NCBI RefSeq assembly: GCF_006345805.1
Contig: NC_042999.1
Coordinates: 78,926,001 to 78,990,000, forward strand
Source: Octopus sinensis
Taxonomy: Eukaryota
Length of the DNA stretch: 64,000 bases
Direction of reading: 5' to 3'
Part shown: piece by piece, positions 24,314-38,402 of the stretch
Position numbering within the stretch: position 1 is the first letter of the stretch
Layout of the letters: each line of letters begins with the position of its first letter
Notes under the pieces: generated by a model
Databases searched by the model: none
What the model was told of the DNA's origin: nothing
What the model saw: the letters and a program-made list of their open reading frames with translations, nothing else
Made by a program: the position numbers and the translations under genes

Positions 24314-24456
24314 CAGTCATGGGCAAGCTGAGGCCCGTATCGCTTTCTGAATGACGCCTTACGAAAATTTACCTTGAATCTTTTTAATAGTGCGTCCTTC
24401 TTGGTGGTAAGCCATATTTCATGCGGCTCGCTTCTCGAAAAGGTTGCTTATGCTTG
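24314..24456. mobile_element. hAT-type MITE, 143 bp
   Basis: Imperfect TIRs cagtcatgggcaagct / aggttgcttatgcttg, flanked by 8-bp TSD-like ctttagat / ctttaaat (7/8). Confidence 0.65.
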
Positions 24457-26252
24457 CTTTAAATAATGCACTCCTGGTTCCCTGCACATGAGAATATAGA
24501 ACTGCCAAGAGTGGAATGTCTTTGATCAATCAAGTTTTATCTGGAGGTAACGAACATCAGCAAAGCACGTACTGGTGGTACTTACTGTTTGCTAAACTAT
24601 GTTTCTGGGAGATAAGAGTAATGGCAACTGGGACACACGCACATTGTCATAGACGTTACTCGAAACATGAATCCATCGATTCCAATATCTTCTCCAGGCT
24701 TATTTTCTTTTTTATATCACTTTCTCCTTACTCCTTTCTTTTCCTATTTATACATATAATCTTTTCCTTTCCACCAATGTATCATCTATTTACTTTAACT
24801 TACCTCGACCTTTCTGCCTTAAGTAATCATTTTTAGCAATCTCATATCTCCCTTCTTTTCTCGCCCCACCTCTGTCTATCCCCTATGTATCATATATCCT
24901 TCAATCTGTTTGTCTATCTCATCTGCTCTCTCTTTCTCCACCTCTTTATCGTTCTTATATAGTTTCGCTTGTTTTAAGTTTTCAAAGTGACAAATTTATC
25001 AGTAAGATCCAGTAATAACATAGTAAAACATCAATAGCAAATTATATTTATATTACACACACACACACACTTGCACGCGCACAAACACTCGCATGCACAC
25101 ATACACACATATGAGTGTGTGACTTTTTGCATGTACGTGCCTATAATTATTATTCATATACAGCACATTACATGTAATCCAGTACGTCTTTGAGGTACCG
25201 GCTGGTAATTATTTCTCGTTAGCTAAACTCTGTTTCTGGGAAATTAGTTGTGCCAACTGGAGTACGGCCTCTATGAGAGACGGGATTAGATATAATGCGT
25301 TGTACGTTGGGTAAGTGTTCTCGTGTCCTCACGCCAAGCCTTGTGAGTGAAACTTTATTGCTCATCGGATAGTTTGTACTTGTATTTCAAACGGCCAGCC
25401 TTCTGGCACATAATATCTCACTGATTCTGATTGTGTTAAAACCCCGAGTGTCTGTCAAATACTCAACTTCTTACACTGCAGCTGGATGCGTTCATTTGAT
25501 CACCCAACTGGAATGTTCATCATAGAATCAAAAGGAGGAGCTATTTATTGTTCACGTGTTGTTCTAGAGATACATTTAGTGCCGTTAGTTTGTTCAAATC
25601 TGTTATTTTTAAACATCGCCATAAAGCGGCGAGCTGGCAGAATCGTTTGCACGGGCAAAATACTTCGTCCGCCTTTATGTTCTGAGTTCAAATTTCGTTG
25701 AGGTCGACTTCGACTTTCATCCTTTCAGATAAGTAGAGAGGTCGATGTAATCGACTTGTCACCTCCCCTGAAATGCTGGCTTTGTACCAAAATTTGAGAC
25801 CATTATTATACATTGATATATTTGAACTAGCGTCCTCATTTTAGTTGTTAATAAAATCGTATTCTTCAATCGGTAGTAAAGAATATTCTTAATATGTACC
25901 ATAACCTATCTGTTATCTTGTTTAAATTAAGTATAGTTAATTCCTCTTTTCTATCTAGTACATTAACTTGATTGGTGCAACGTGTGTGAAGGGAATTTTA
26001 TTCTACTACAATAGCAACAAAGTATATCTTGACAAGGATTTGTATCTTCTCCTCACAAAATCAATTTAATTTTGTCCAGTTTGGACCTTTCGTACATTGT
26101 GTATATAAAGAGCGAAATTTTTGTGTATATTTAGAGTTAATCTGCTGATGTAACCGTGATGTTCTGGCGATCTCGTGAGCTAGCTTTCATTATTTTCATT
26201 AATTTATGAATATACTATTGTATAATGCTGAGCATACTTATTAATGCAAACA

Positions 26253-26309
<57 letters not shown>

Positions 26310-26504
26310 CTTAAAAGAAGCGAAACTATATTAGAACGATAAAGAGGTGGAGAAACAGAAAGCAGATGAGATAGAGAGAAAGCATATGAGATTGACAAAC
26401 ACGGAGAATGTAGTCACTGACTTTTAAAATAACAGGAGGTTGATCATAGGTGGAACGGTGATGGTCATAAAAGATAGGATAAAGATACTTCCCGATTCGA
26501 GTCA

Positions 26505-26740
26505 TATAGACTCATGCGGCCATTTTCCGGCTTCCTGGATTCCGTGGCATATATATTCACCACCTGGGCGGAACGGTGGTCCATCGCAGGATAATTCGTT
26601 TTTGTCGGATGAGCAGACTGGGGCAACATGAAATGAAGTGTTATGCTCAAGAGCATAACGCGACACTCTTTTCAGGAGTCGAAACCACAATCTTGCGCTC
26701 ATGAGTTCAACTCTCTAGCCACTAAGCCATGCCCCTCCAC
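26505..26740 (-). mobile_element. tRNA-derived SINE (type A head) with Deu/Nin-like central domain
   Basis: Element sense ggcatggcttagtggctagag head, then cctgcgatggaccaccgttccgcccagg...gaagccggaaaatggccgcatgag resembling the Deu/Nin domain (recognised from memory). Confidence 0.5.
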
Positions 26741-27369
26741 ATTGTTGATCATAGATTTCCTCAATTTGGACCGACTTGAGCTTTGCTGAACCACTGATAA
26801 CTATCGACATCTAGGGTTGTTATCCGCTGGTGTATCAGCCAGATGCAAGCTTATAAAATTTATAATAGCGGCTCCAACTCCAAGTTCTAGGGATATCAAG
26901 TGCTCCACAAAAAGAGTAAGAGTGTGGGGGTATATGTGCAGTATTCAAAATTTGAAAGAACGACCATGTAAAATGTGCTTGGTTTATTTACTTAAATCAT
27001 TGAACTGAGAAATGAAATAGGCAAACGGTTTCGTTGAAAGATAATTCATTCAAATTATTGAATTCACAAGAATTCGTGGAAAAATTCATTTCAATAAAAG
27101 GGATCTTTGTGGAACAATTGGGAACAACTGATTTATATTATAGATACAATGGATTAAATAGCACTCAGCTCCCAGTATTTGACAAGTATTTTATTATAAC
27201 CACCTTGTAAGGATGAAAAACAGAGTCAAACCCGGTGGGATTTGAATGTAGATGTTAAAGGGGCGAAACTAAGAACCACAAGACATTTTCCTATTTTTCA
27301 ACCAATTATAATAATATATCTTCATCGCGTATTTATAATATTGGTCAAAGAGGATCCCGATCCATGTAA

Positions 27370-27600
27370 CCTTGGTACTGTATGAATGTGAAACCTACTG
27401 CCCTAAATGTCAGGACACAAAAATATTGCCCCGTTTTAAATGTACTAAATAAACTGAGATGGAATTTTTACTATTGCTGGAGTCGATGCAAAGGCTATGA
27501 AGCATCTACCTTTAATAGACGTCTTATAGTGCAGCATCAGACAGCGGTGACCAAACTGGACAAATGTCTACCTACGATGCAAAACAAATCCAGCAGGTTT
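27370..27600 (+). mobile_element. Possible RTE-like LINE remnant
   Basis: LYECETY..KILPRF resembles the RTE LLYGCETW..LxRF motif; heavily degenerate. Confidence 0.35.
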
Positions 27601-27777
27601 CTATTCCTCCATTTGTGTGAAGATGACACAGTCCCTCGTCCGGTTTAACAACACAACGTAATCCTTAGGTGCTTTTTAGCAGGGTTGACTTTGTTGCAAG
27701 CATTCAGACCGAATCTCCGATCTGTGATTAACATTATTTCAAAAGTCTCGGAAATCCTAAAGAGGCTAATGGGTGTT

Positions 27778-27828
<51 letters not shown>

Positions 27829-28747
27829 CATTTTTTTTTCTTCCCGACTAAAAAGAAAGAAGAGCTAATAATACACTGTGGTTTGGTTTATCATTTGTAT
27901 TGTATGACATTGAGACTACGTTGTATTTTGTGTGTTTGTCAGGTGGTTATTTTGTGCGAATTAATGTTGTTCTTGACGATGTTAGTTGTTCTGAGCGTTA
28001 TTCGATGTTGAAGGAGGAAGAGGAAAAGAAATAGAAGAAGAAGAATAAAAAGAAGAAGAAGAGGGAGAAGAAGGAAATGATGATGGTAGTAACGACGACT
28101 ATGATGATGAAGCAATTAGTAAAAATGAAATAGTAAACAATGAAGCGATGTAATGGAGTAAGAATAAAAAGAAAGCAAAATTAAATGTGAGTAAAATAAT
28201 TAAGGGAGCGGGGAGGAAGACGGAGGGTAACGACAGAGAAGAAGAGGAAAATAAGACGACGAGAAGTAACAGAAAGAAAGGAATAAAATAAGTAAATATA
28301 AAGAAATCTGGAGAAGTAAAAGAAAATAACAAACAAGAAAAAGGAAATAGAAAAATAACAAAGCAAAAGAAGAAGATAACGGATAAAATGGGGAAAAAGT
28401 GAAACAATAAATAAATAAATAATGCAAAGAGAAACAGTAGCAACAACAAAATCAACAACGGTGAAGCGGAAGAAGTACAAGATAAGGACAGCTTGAATAA
28501 CATGTGAAGTGACCAATGTGTTAATTTAGGAAATACAGCAAGAAATAAAATAAGAGAAAATAATGAAGAATATAAGAAAAACAAAATTGAAAAAGAAAAA
28601 AAAAAGAAAAAAGGGAAGTAACTTGGAAGAACCTTACAAGAAACTGTAGTGTAAGAGAACTGGTAATATGGCTAACAATTTGTATTGCTTTCTTATGCAA
28701 CACTTCGTAGAGGGTTACAGTAATTAATACATTAATTTTTTTGAAAG

Positions 28748-29150
28748 GGGCAGTGAGCTGGCAACATCGTTAGCACACACCGGGCAAAGTGCTTAACGAT
28801 ATTTCGTCTTGTGCTCTGAGTTCAAATTCCGCTGAGGTCGACTTTACCTTTTATCCGTTCGTGGTTGATAAATTACGTACCAGTTGCGTACTGGGGTAGA
28901 TCTAATCGACTGGCCCCCCTCCCCCAAAATTTCGGGCCTTGTGCCTAGAGTAGAAAAGAATATATTAATTTTTTGAAGAAGGCGGTGAGCTGGCAACATC
29001 GTTAGCACACACCAGGCAAAATGCTTAACAATATATCATCTTCATGTTCTGAGTTCAAATTCCGCCGAGGTCGACTTTGCCTTTCATCCCCTCGGGATCG
29101 ATGAAATAAGTACCAGTTGAGCACTGGGGTCGATGCAATCGACTACCCGC
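28748..29150 (+). mobile_element. Tandem pair of type-C SINEs
   Basis: ggc[a/g]gtgagctggcaacatcgttagcacacacc...gagttcaaattccgc..gaggtcgacttt occurs at 28748 and 28981, each preceded by attaattttttgaa. Confidence 0.8.
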
Positions 29151-29356
29151 TAAATTCCAGGCTTATTCCTATAGTATAAAGGAACAGATTAACTTTGAAG
29201 AGCGGGGTCTCTAGCATGGCTGTGTGGTTAAGAAAATTGATTTGCGACCACATGATTTCGGGTTCTATCCCACCTAGTTGCATTTTAAGCAAATGGTTTG
29301 TGAGTGAATAATTTTGTAAGTGGAAACTGTGTTGAAGCCCGTTGTATATATGGATG

Positions 29357-29399
<43 letters not shown>

Positions 29400-30053
29400 G
29401 TGTGTGTGTGTGGTCCACCGCTGGTCATCTGGTGTTTGTCTGTTTACATCCCTGTAACTTAGCAGTTCGGCTAAAGAAAGGAAAGAATATGTACGAATTT
29501 AAAAAGAAATATTGAGATCGATTTATTCAAATAAGATCCATTCAGGAGATGCCCCAGCATGGCTACAGTCCAAAGACTGAAACATAAAAAAAAAGATGCA
29601 GTATTCATGGCCCCCGTTATTAAAAATCATTTGTTAAAGGAAGTGAAGATGACTGATTAATACATGCAGGCATGGCTGTGCGGTTTAGGTGTTTGTTTCA
29701 TTACCAGTCGCGTGATTCCAGGTTCAGTTCCTCTTCGCGCTATATATTTTACATAGCACCACTTTACTATGAAATGTTCGTAGTTCGTGTTCAATTCCTT
29801 CGTATTAAAAAAAATTCACATTTTTAGCAATTCTACTTTATAAATAGAGATTTATATATCTTAAATTTGCAAAAGAATTTGTTGTTGGGGCAGTTTAGCT
29901 TAAAGTTAGAGCACTGCGAAGCGTAATCACAGGGGTGTGAGTTCGAGTCTCATGGCTGACCGCCGACATATTTTTCTGCAAAATATGGGTAGTTTATCCT
30001 GTTCATGCTATATTATTAGCATTATACTGCGTTTGAGAATAAAATTTACTTCC

Positions 30054-30091
<38 letters not shown>

Positions 30092-31078
30092 TGTACGTAC
30101 GCTTACACATAAATATGCCTATATATTTACCCACCTACATACTTACATAACATACATATATATCTTCTGACTTCTTCGACCAATTCAAAGACAGAAAAGA
30201 GAGGAGAGGCAAGACATTCTTGTTTTACTTATTGTTAATGTTGTTAATGCTAATATTGGTGCTGTTACTGTTGTTATTGTTGTTGCTGATTGTCGTTTTA
30301 TTCCTCTTTCTCTTTCTCAATGATGTTTGAACTTTGTCTATAGCTTTATCCAAATCCAATCCCTTGCTTTAACTTCTTTTATATCCGGCAAATAGATAAT
30401 CCAAATGAAGCCAGTCGTACACGTTTCTCTTTGAAGACCGCACCAACTAAATCCTGTACCATCAACTCCCTCCCTCACACACACACACACACAACTCACT
30501 AAAAAATCTCTTAACTAAACTAAACTAACTCCTATACATGGCTTTAATTTATTTCTTTATTTAGTTGTTTTTGTTTGTCTTACCTTCTTCGTGTTTTATT
30601 GTTTATTCTACATATTTCGGGATCGTTAGTTCGTCCGTCATTTGTCGCTGTTTCCTGCCGAGTCAATTGACACTGTATCTTCTCCACACACACACTGACA
30701 TCCCAATGATTAAATCCTCTTTACGTTGTAAATAGATCCTACGTGAAGGTACGGCTCAAATACTATTTATATCCCTCGGATATATGAGTGGAATTGTGAT
30801 ATTATGCAGCAATGAACTTGTATGTGGAAACTTAACTTCAATTGCATTCGCTATCGCGTAAACGATTAAAAGCGCCGAGCGGGCAGTGTCGTTACGTTCT
30901 GAGTTCAAATTCTGCCGAGCTCCACTTTGCTTTTCGTACTTTAGGGGTTGGTAAAATAAGCAATAGTTAAGCACTGGGGTCTATGTATTCGACTTACCCA
31001 CTACCCCGAACGTGTTAGCCTTGTGTCAAAATTTGAAATCAATATCTTGTAAATGATTTCTGTTTATATATATATATA

Positions 31079-31126
<48 letters not shown>

Positions 31127-31130
31127 TATA

Positions 31131-31164
<34 letters not shown>

Positions 31165-31713
31165 CCAGTGGCGACTCCGGCACTCGGGCTGTTCAGACTT
31201 AGCCCGAGTATAAATTATAAATTTAGTAAAGTGAACATACATTTGCAAGTTACAGCCCAAGTTGTTATCTATAATCGTAAAAATTAAAAGTAATTCAAAT
31301 TCAATGTTTTCTGGATTTAAATTCCAATCTATGAAAAGTTTCCGTTCAACAATATTCTTAAAGGAACGAAGAATTATCCAGCAACTCGGGCTAAAAGAAC
31401 GAGTATGGTGGGTGTAAAAGAATAACAGGAATCCCTTGTCAAGAGTACAGGTGAGAGACAAATCACTGATGTTTATTGTGCACTCTGCTGACGTTATTTG
31501 ATTGTTGTTATTTTGTGCGCCTGTGCGTAATGATCAGTTGTGTTATGCCCTTAACCTAGATATGGAGAAAGACATAGTGCTAGTTATAAAAAAAAAGAAG
31601 CTATTTGGGGCTAGAAATATTGCCGAAAAAGGTGAAATCTTCGGGCAGGTATGTGTCGTATACTAAATCTGTGATGAGCCCCAGTGTCGAAATCGGTGAT
31701 GACCTGGCGTCAC

Positions 31714-31799
<86 letters not shown>

Positions 31800-32811
31800 G
31801 TAAAACCTGTAGTTCGTCTCAAATTAACCTCAATTTAAATTTAGAATCAAAACTAAGTTTCAGATATTTAGTTTTGTAATCGATATTGCGAAATTAAAAC
31901 CCTTTAGCTTCAGTAGTTATTCAGGCACTCAACGAAGTTGAAAGATGAAACATGCCATCTTCTGTCTAATAACAATGCTTAGCCCTTGGGTGACGTTAGC
32001 AACGGTTTTTATGTTGTAACATTCATGGTGTCGTTAGAAATACTCTCTGTGTTGTAACCGCTCATATCAGAGTTAACGGCTGGTTACTTTTCCACCTAAA
32101 TTCTGCAGATATATTCGCATGTACATATTCAGGTTATATGCCAGCCACATCAATGTACAAATCTTTCCCCTAACGAATTCATAAACAAACAGCACACACT
32201 GTCTCTCTTTTTCATTTTTTCTCTTTCTTTTCTTTCTTTGTAATTCTCTTTATTTTTTTTCTCTCTCTCTCTCTCTCTCTCTTTCTTATGTAATTCTCTT
32301 TACTTACTTTCTCTCTCTCTGTGTCGTTTTCTCTATTTTAGCACTGTCTTCATATTTATGTCACACTCTCTCTCTATTTAGTTTTTTCTCTCATCCTCTT
32401 TTCTTTCATCTGTTGTAATACCTTTCTAAGACAAATTTCCAACAGCAATTAATTACAGCAATTGAAAACAGCAGACTTAATTTGCAAGCCAGTTTCATAC
32501 TACTAAATTATCCTAGGTCTTATATACCAGCGTCCATTTTGTTGTGTGTAATCAGGCAAGTCCATCCTTTGCTCATGTCCTGTCTGTAATTATTGACCTG
32601 AGTTGGGAAACGTTGGGTGTTAGAGCAAACCCACAATTCATATATATATATATATATATCTACACATACGCGCGCAGCCCCCCATATATATGTATTTATA
32701 TATACGCACACATACTCACATACACGCATATATATATTCAAAATTCAAATAAGTTATCATTATCTTTAAAATAATGATGATAAGGTGACTATATATATAA
32801 ATGTAATCTGA

Positions 32812-33143
32812 GACCCCCTTCGGTTACGATACAGACCATGGGATTGCACCTAGAAAGTTACCCTCCCAGGCACAAGTCCGGGCAAGGTTGTTTATGGAAG
32901 ACCAGCAGTCGCCCATGCATACCGGCTTCCCCTCTCTACGCCACCAGTGTTATCCATGGGAAAAGCAAAGGCCGATACAGCTTGGCATCTGTGACGTCGC
33001 AACTCATTCCTACAGCTGAGTGAACTGGAGCAACGTGAAATAAAGTGTCTTGCTCAAGAACACAACGCGCAGCCCGGTCCGGGATTCGAGCTCACAACCT
33101 CACGATCGTAAGCTCGACGCTCTAACCACTAAGCCATGCGCCT
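32812..33143 (-). mobile_element. Full-length type-A SINE, tail Z
   Basis: Element sense ggcgcatggcttagtggttagagcgtcgagcttacgatcgtgaggttgtgagctcgaatccc (tRNA-Arg-like ACG loop); homologous to 793-1118. Confidence 0.85.
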
Positions 33144-34305
33144 TCTGTAAATGTAATATGTGACAACTATTCGGTAGCCGAAGGCACAAATATACAGGCA
33201 AACAAACAATTCTTAAACACCTTCTTTTCTTTTGTAAAGGCACAAAAATATATTTATGTTCATCCATTTGAGCATTGCCCCAACATTATAGAAAAAAACT
33301 ACTGGAATAAAAATGTTGATTTAAGAAAATATAATCAACGTCATCATCTTTCAGTGTAGCCTTACGACCTGATATCTTTCTCATCAACATATATTCCTGG
33401 CTATAAATTTAACCTGCCAGGGCGAATAGATGTCAGCGAAAACCGTGGCCAATGTCCCTTTTTTTTTCATGACTACCTTACAGAGGGAATGCAAACTGTA
33501 CTTGAACCAGGGTAGGTACATTGGATTGGTTAGGGGTGTGACGGTGCCGGTTCACAAAAATAAATTTGTCTTTTATAAACAAATTGGTCTACCGAAAAAA
33601 ACCTAACTCCAATACATTATTACTACAACTACTACGTATCGTCCCTACCGCTCCACTCTGCGTAGTCCCCACGAGACCATCGGTCGTTTCTCACTAGCCC
33701 CTCATCTCTAACTCACAATCTGTCGACAGATTAATAATAATATGTTTGTAATCTGACCCTTAGACACTTGTGAAAGCATCAACATTGCTCCGAGAAACTA
33801 CCCCATCTTATATAGCATTCTCTATCCACTTCTATCTTTCTATAAAAAGATCCTCCACCCTGACCCAGCCTCAATCATCATATTCGGACTATCTTATTGC
33901 TTATACATACAACTATTTCAACAACGAAGGACTCTTTCATACGCACACACTCACACACATACATATATGTGCATGTGTATCTGTGTTTATATATATATAT
34001 ATAATTAAAATAATTTAAATGATCTGATAAGCTTGTCCTGCCTTGGTTTTGATTTCGTTTTCCTTACATATATATATATATATGTATACCTTTTACTTGT
34101 TTCAATCATTTGACTGAGGCCATGCAGATGTATCTATCAATCTCTCTCTCTCTCTGTCTTTATACACACACACACACACATATATATATGTGTGTGTGTG
34201 TTTTTTCTTCCCATGCTGACACTAGATTTGAGCTCTATTAAAATAATGATCTTATCCTTATTTATATAGATATTTTAAATATATATATATATATATATTA
34301 TATAT

Positions 34306-34348
<43 letters not shown>

Positions 34349-34549
34349 ATATTCATTTATTCTTTTACTTGTTTCAGCCATTTGACTGCGGCCATGCTGG
34401 AGCACCGCTTGAAGGGTTTTTAGTCGAACAAATCAACCCAGGACTTATTTCTATCGGCCTATTTTTACAGGGATGTAAACACAGCAAACCCGGTAGTCAA
34501 GCTGTAATGGGGCTCGGGACAAACACAAAGACACACACATAAATCGTAC

Positions 34550-34583
<34 letters not shown>

Positions 34584-34791
34584 ATATACACATATATGAG
34601 TATATACATGTACACACACACACATATATACGAGGAGCTTCTTACCAAATCCACTCACAAGACTTTGGTCAGCTTGAGGCTATAGTATAAGAAACTTGCC
34701 TAAAGTGCCACGTAGTGGGACTGAACCTGGAACCATGTGGTTGGGAAGCAAGCTTCTTACCACGCAGCCACGTATATATATATATATATAT

Positions 34792-34827
<36 letters not shown>

Positions 34828-34888
34828 TGTACATTTATACATTCATACACAAGCATAGGCATCCACACAAACACAAAAACAGACGCAG

Positions 34889-34933
<45 letters not shown>

Positions 34934-34978
34934 TGAGAGACTGAGAAGAGAGAGAGAGAGGAGAGAGAGGTTGGGAGG

Positions 34979-35011
<33 letters not shown>

Positions 35012-36514
35012 GGGGATAAAAGTTCTGGATGAAGCTGTCTGCTTATGAGGATAGCTTCCTAACCTTGTGGTACTTAGTTCAATACTCCTGCGTTCTATCT
35101 GAAATATGTAGGTTCGAAAAGTAAATTAGTATTTCTGTTGCAAATTTGAATATTCCCATTGATTGATCAAAGTAACCGACATTTCAGTAACCGAATTTAG
35201 AGTGTAAGCGGTTGTATATTCCGAAGCATTTCGATATTTTCTATAATTTTAAAGCTAAGCAGCGTGATTGCTTGTGTGAAGGATTGAGGTTTGAATTACA
35301 GTTACTGTCCATGATATATGACATTTCAAAGTGCCACGCAAGGAGATCAAATCACAACTCATGTGTTTGATCAGTAATGCAACTTTAGTTAGTTAGTTAC
35401 TCGATGAAATTCATCCAATACATATCCATTTATTCTTAGTTTCTAAAATGGAAGGAGAAATTCAAAGAATTGTTTTGAGATAATGATAGAACGCGTGTCA
35501 CGTCTACAGTCGATGTAAGTCTGAGTCCCATGGGTAACTTCTCGACTTTTTCTATCTAAAATAGAGTTTTTACCACAGAGAGAGATAGAGATATAAAAAA
35601 AAGGAGAGAGAGAGAGATAATAGCAACCAAATTTGTTCATGTGAGACTCTAAACTCTTAAAATACGACGGACAAATTATAATATAGACGACAACCGTATA
35701 CGGAAACAGGATAGTCTCTAATGGCATGCATTTGTTCATAAGTCGACATAAATGGGAACGACCTTGTACTACAAAACTCATTTGTGTATTATTCATTTAG
35801 TTATTTTCACCCACTTGGCCCTGCTTGTGTCCAGAAGAAAACAACAAAGTGCACCAAAGTACACTAAGAATAGTTGCAATAAACGAATGTTACCAAGCCA
35901 GTGGAACGAAACACGATGCCCGGTGGATATCTAAAAATGTAATTTAAAGATTTAGAACATCCAAATTAATTCTTTTAGCTGGCAACGTGAATCGTTTTTG
36001 AGATGCAGACCGCATGAGATATTGCTTATCGTCTGGCGGGCCGCACTAAAAGTTCAAGACACTTTTATATCGATCTCTTTTGCCGAACAGCGAAGTTATG
36101 GAGACATAAACAGACTAGTACTGATTATCAGGCGGTGGTGGGGGACAAATACAGATACAAAGAACACATTGAATATGTATGTGTGTATGTATATACATAC
36201 GCACCTACACACACACACATATATATATGCATGTATTTATGTATGTATATACATGTGTATGTATGTATAACATAAGGAAACTGAAAATACAAAACCAATA
36301 TAGAAACAACGTTATTTCTTTTTCCGTTGTTTTTATCATCTGTTTATTTTGTTATTGTCTTTTCTTGTTTTTGTGTGTGTGTGTGAGTATTGGTGTGTAG
36401 TAAGTATGTGTGTGCGTGTGTGAAGGTGTAAACGTAATATCTATATTTGTTTCGCAATGAAACCTGAACCAGGAACTCAAAGTGGGATTGCTATATATAT
36501 ATATATATATATAA

Positions 36515-36571
<57 letters not shown>

Positions 36572-36671
36572 ATTATATATATATGTATATATATATATAT
36601 GTATATATATATTATGTATATATATATATATATATATGTATATATACCCAACTACTATACATATATATATG

Positions 36672-36705
<34 letters not shown>

Positions 36706-36726
36706 TGTATATATACACAACTACCT

Positions 36727-36947
36727 CGAACACACAAGTGCAAACAAGGGAGTCAGAGAAAGGCAGAATGCCACTTAAATCTGAACACTACTATAGAAAT
36801 ATTCTTTTAAAAAAAACTTTTCTTCTAATTTTTCTAAATTTAATTATTTAATCGTTACAGTTGAAAAGGTCTCAAAATGACCGAAACCGGTACTGAATGT
36901 TCACTATAAAATTATTTTAGCATTTTCTATTTTTTACTTGTTTTTTC
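36727..36947 (+). mobile_element. 5'-truncated copy of the 3' tail of the PLE at 53908-56382
   Basis: Near-identical to 56166-56382; lies between TA-rich tracts; hammerhead-like motif at 36858-36895. Confidence 0.85.
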
Positions 36948-37003
36948 ATATATATCAACTCGTGTGTTCCTTTTCACCCTTATACATATATATATATATA
37001 ATG

Positions 37004-37035
<32 letters not shown>

Positions 37036-37058
37036 TATATATATATATATTATATATA

Positions 37059-37173
<115 letters not shown>

Positions 37174-37215
37174 ATATATATTATATATATAGATGTCTGT
37201 GAGTGAACAATTATA

Positions 37216-38352
37216 CAGAGCGCGATGGATAAATTGTCGCCATTTTATATTTTTCATTTCGTGCATGCGTATTTTTGTTTTTGATTTTGTCGACTACACA
37301 ATAATAGTAGGGTCAGTTGGGCACCGTCTGTGAGAAAAACAGCACCATGATGCATCATGTAGGCCTTCGTTTTGAGTGTGAAGCCGTGTGGGGCAATGAA
37401 TGGAGGCATAACGTCACCATCACAAGTGATCACTCTAAACACTATGATGTTGACTGGATGTTTAACTTTTATCACTCTCGATACATGTCCTCAAATTGCA
37501 TTGCCCTCAGATTATTGACACCCCAAAACACTGAAATGTTCGTATTGGAGATTTTGGTCCGAATGCCAAGGAGTACAGCATGTCGTTTCTACAGAAATTT
37601 GGAACGACATGCTGTACTCCTTGGCATTCGGACCAAAATCTCCAATACGAACATTTCAGTGTTTTGGGGTGTCAATAATCTGAGGGCAATGCAATTTGAG
37701 GACATGTATCGAGAGTGATAAAAGTTACACATCCAGTCAACATCATAGTGTTTAGAGTGATCACTTGTGATGGTGACGTTATGCCTCCATTCATTGCCCC
37801 ACACGGCTTCACACTCAAAACGAAGGCCTACATCAAGTGCCTGGAGGCGGTAGTACTGCCCTGGATCAAGAAGATGGCTACTGGAAGACGCTATATCTAG
37901 CATCAGGACTCTGCACTATGCCACACAAGTAGGAGAACCCAGTCATGGCTGTCAGACAATATCTGCGACCACATCATACCTAACCTCTGGTCACCTAACT
38001 CTCCAGACTGCAAGCCCCTTGATTATTATGCATGGGGCGCAATTGAGCAAGAGACCAGTAAAACTCCTTGTAACACCAAAGATGAACTGAAGGCAAGGAT
38101 TATGGCAGCATTCGCTAACTTAAGGAAGGAGACCTTCCAGAAGAGTTGCTGGAGATTCCGAAGTCGTCTGGAGGCCGTGGTTGAAGCCAATGGCAATTTT
38201 ATTGAATAAATTTAAATTTACTCTTTAGTATTTCAAGAAATTTTTTATGTAATTTTGGTAAATATATATGTTTACCAAATATTTTGGTAAAATGAGATGT
38301 CAGTATTATTTTAATTTTTGCGTAATTTAGACAATATATTCACCGTACCTTG
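37216..38352 (+). mobile_element. DD37D (maT-type) Tc1/mariner transposon, internally deleted, containing an inverted duplication
   Basis: TIRs 37216-37238 and 38330-38352 (16/23 match), TA before the left end. Catalytic region reads HQDSALCHTSRRTQSWLSDNICDHIIPNLWSPNSPDCKPLDYY (37 residues between the two Asp), ending EAVVEANGNFIE-stop; one in-frame stop precedes HQDSA. Confidence 0.85.
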
Positions 38353-38355
38353 TGT

Positions 38356-38402
<47 letters not shown>

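Noticed and set aside
24560-25260. Short similarity (gctaaact.tgtttctggga) between ~24590 and ~25222
   Set aside because: Too short and diverged to define an element or duplication.
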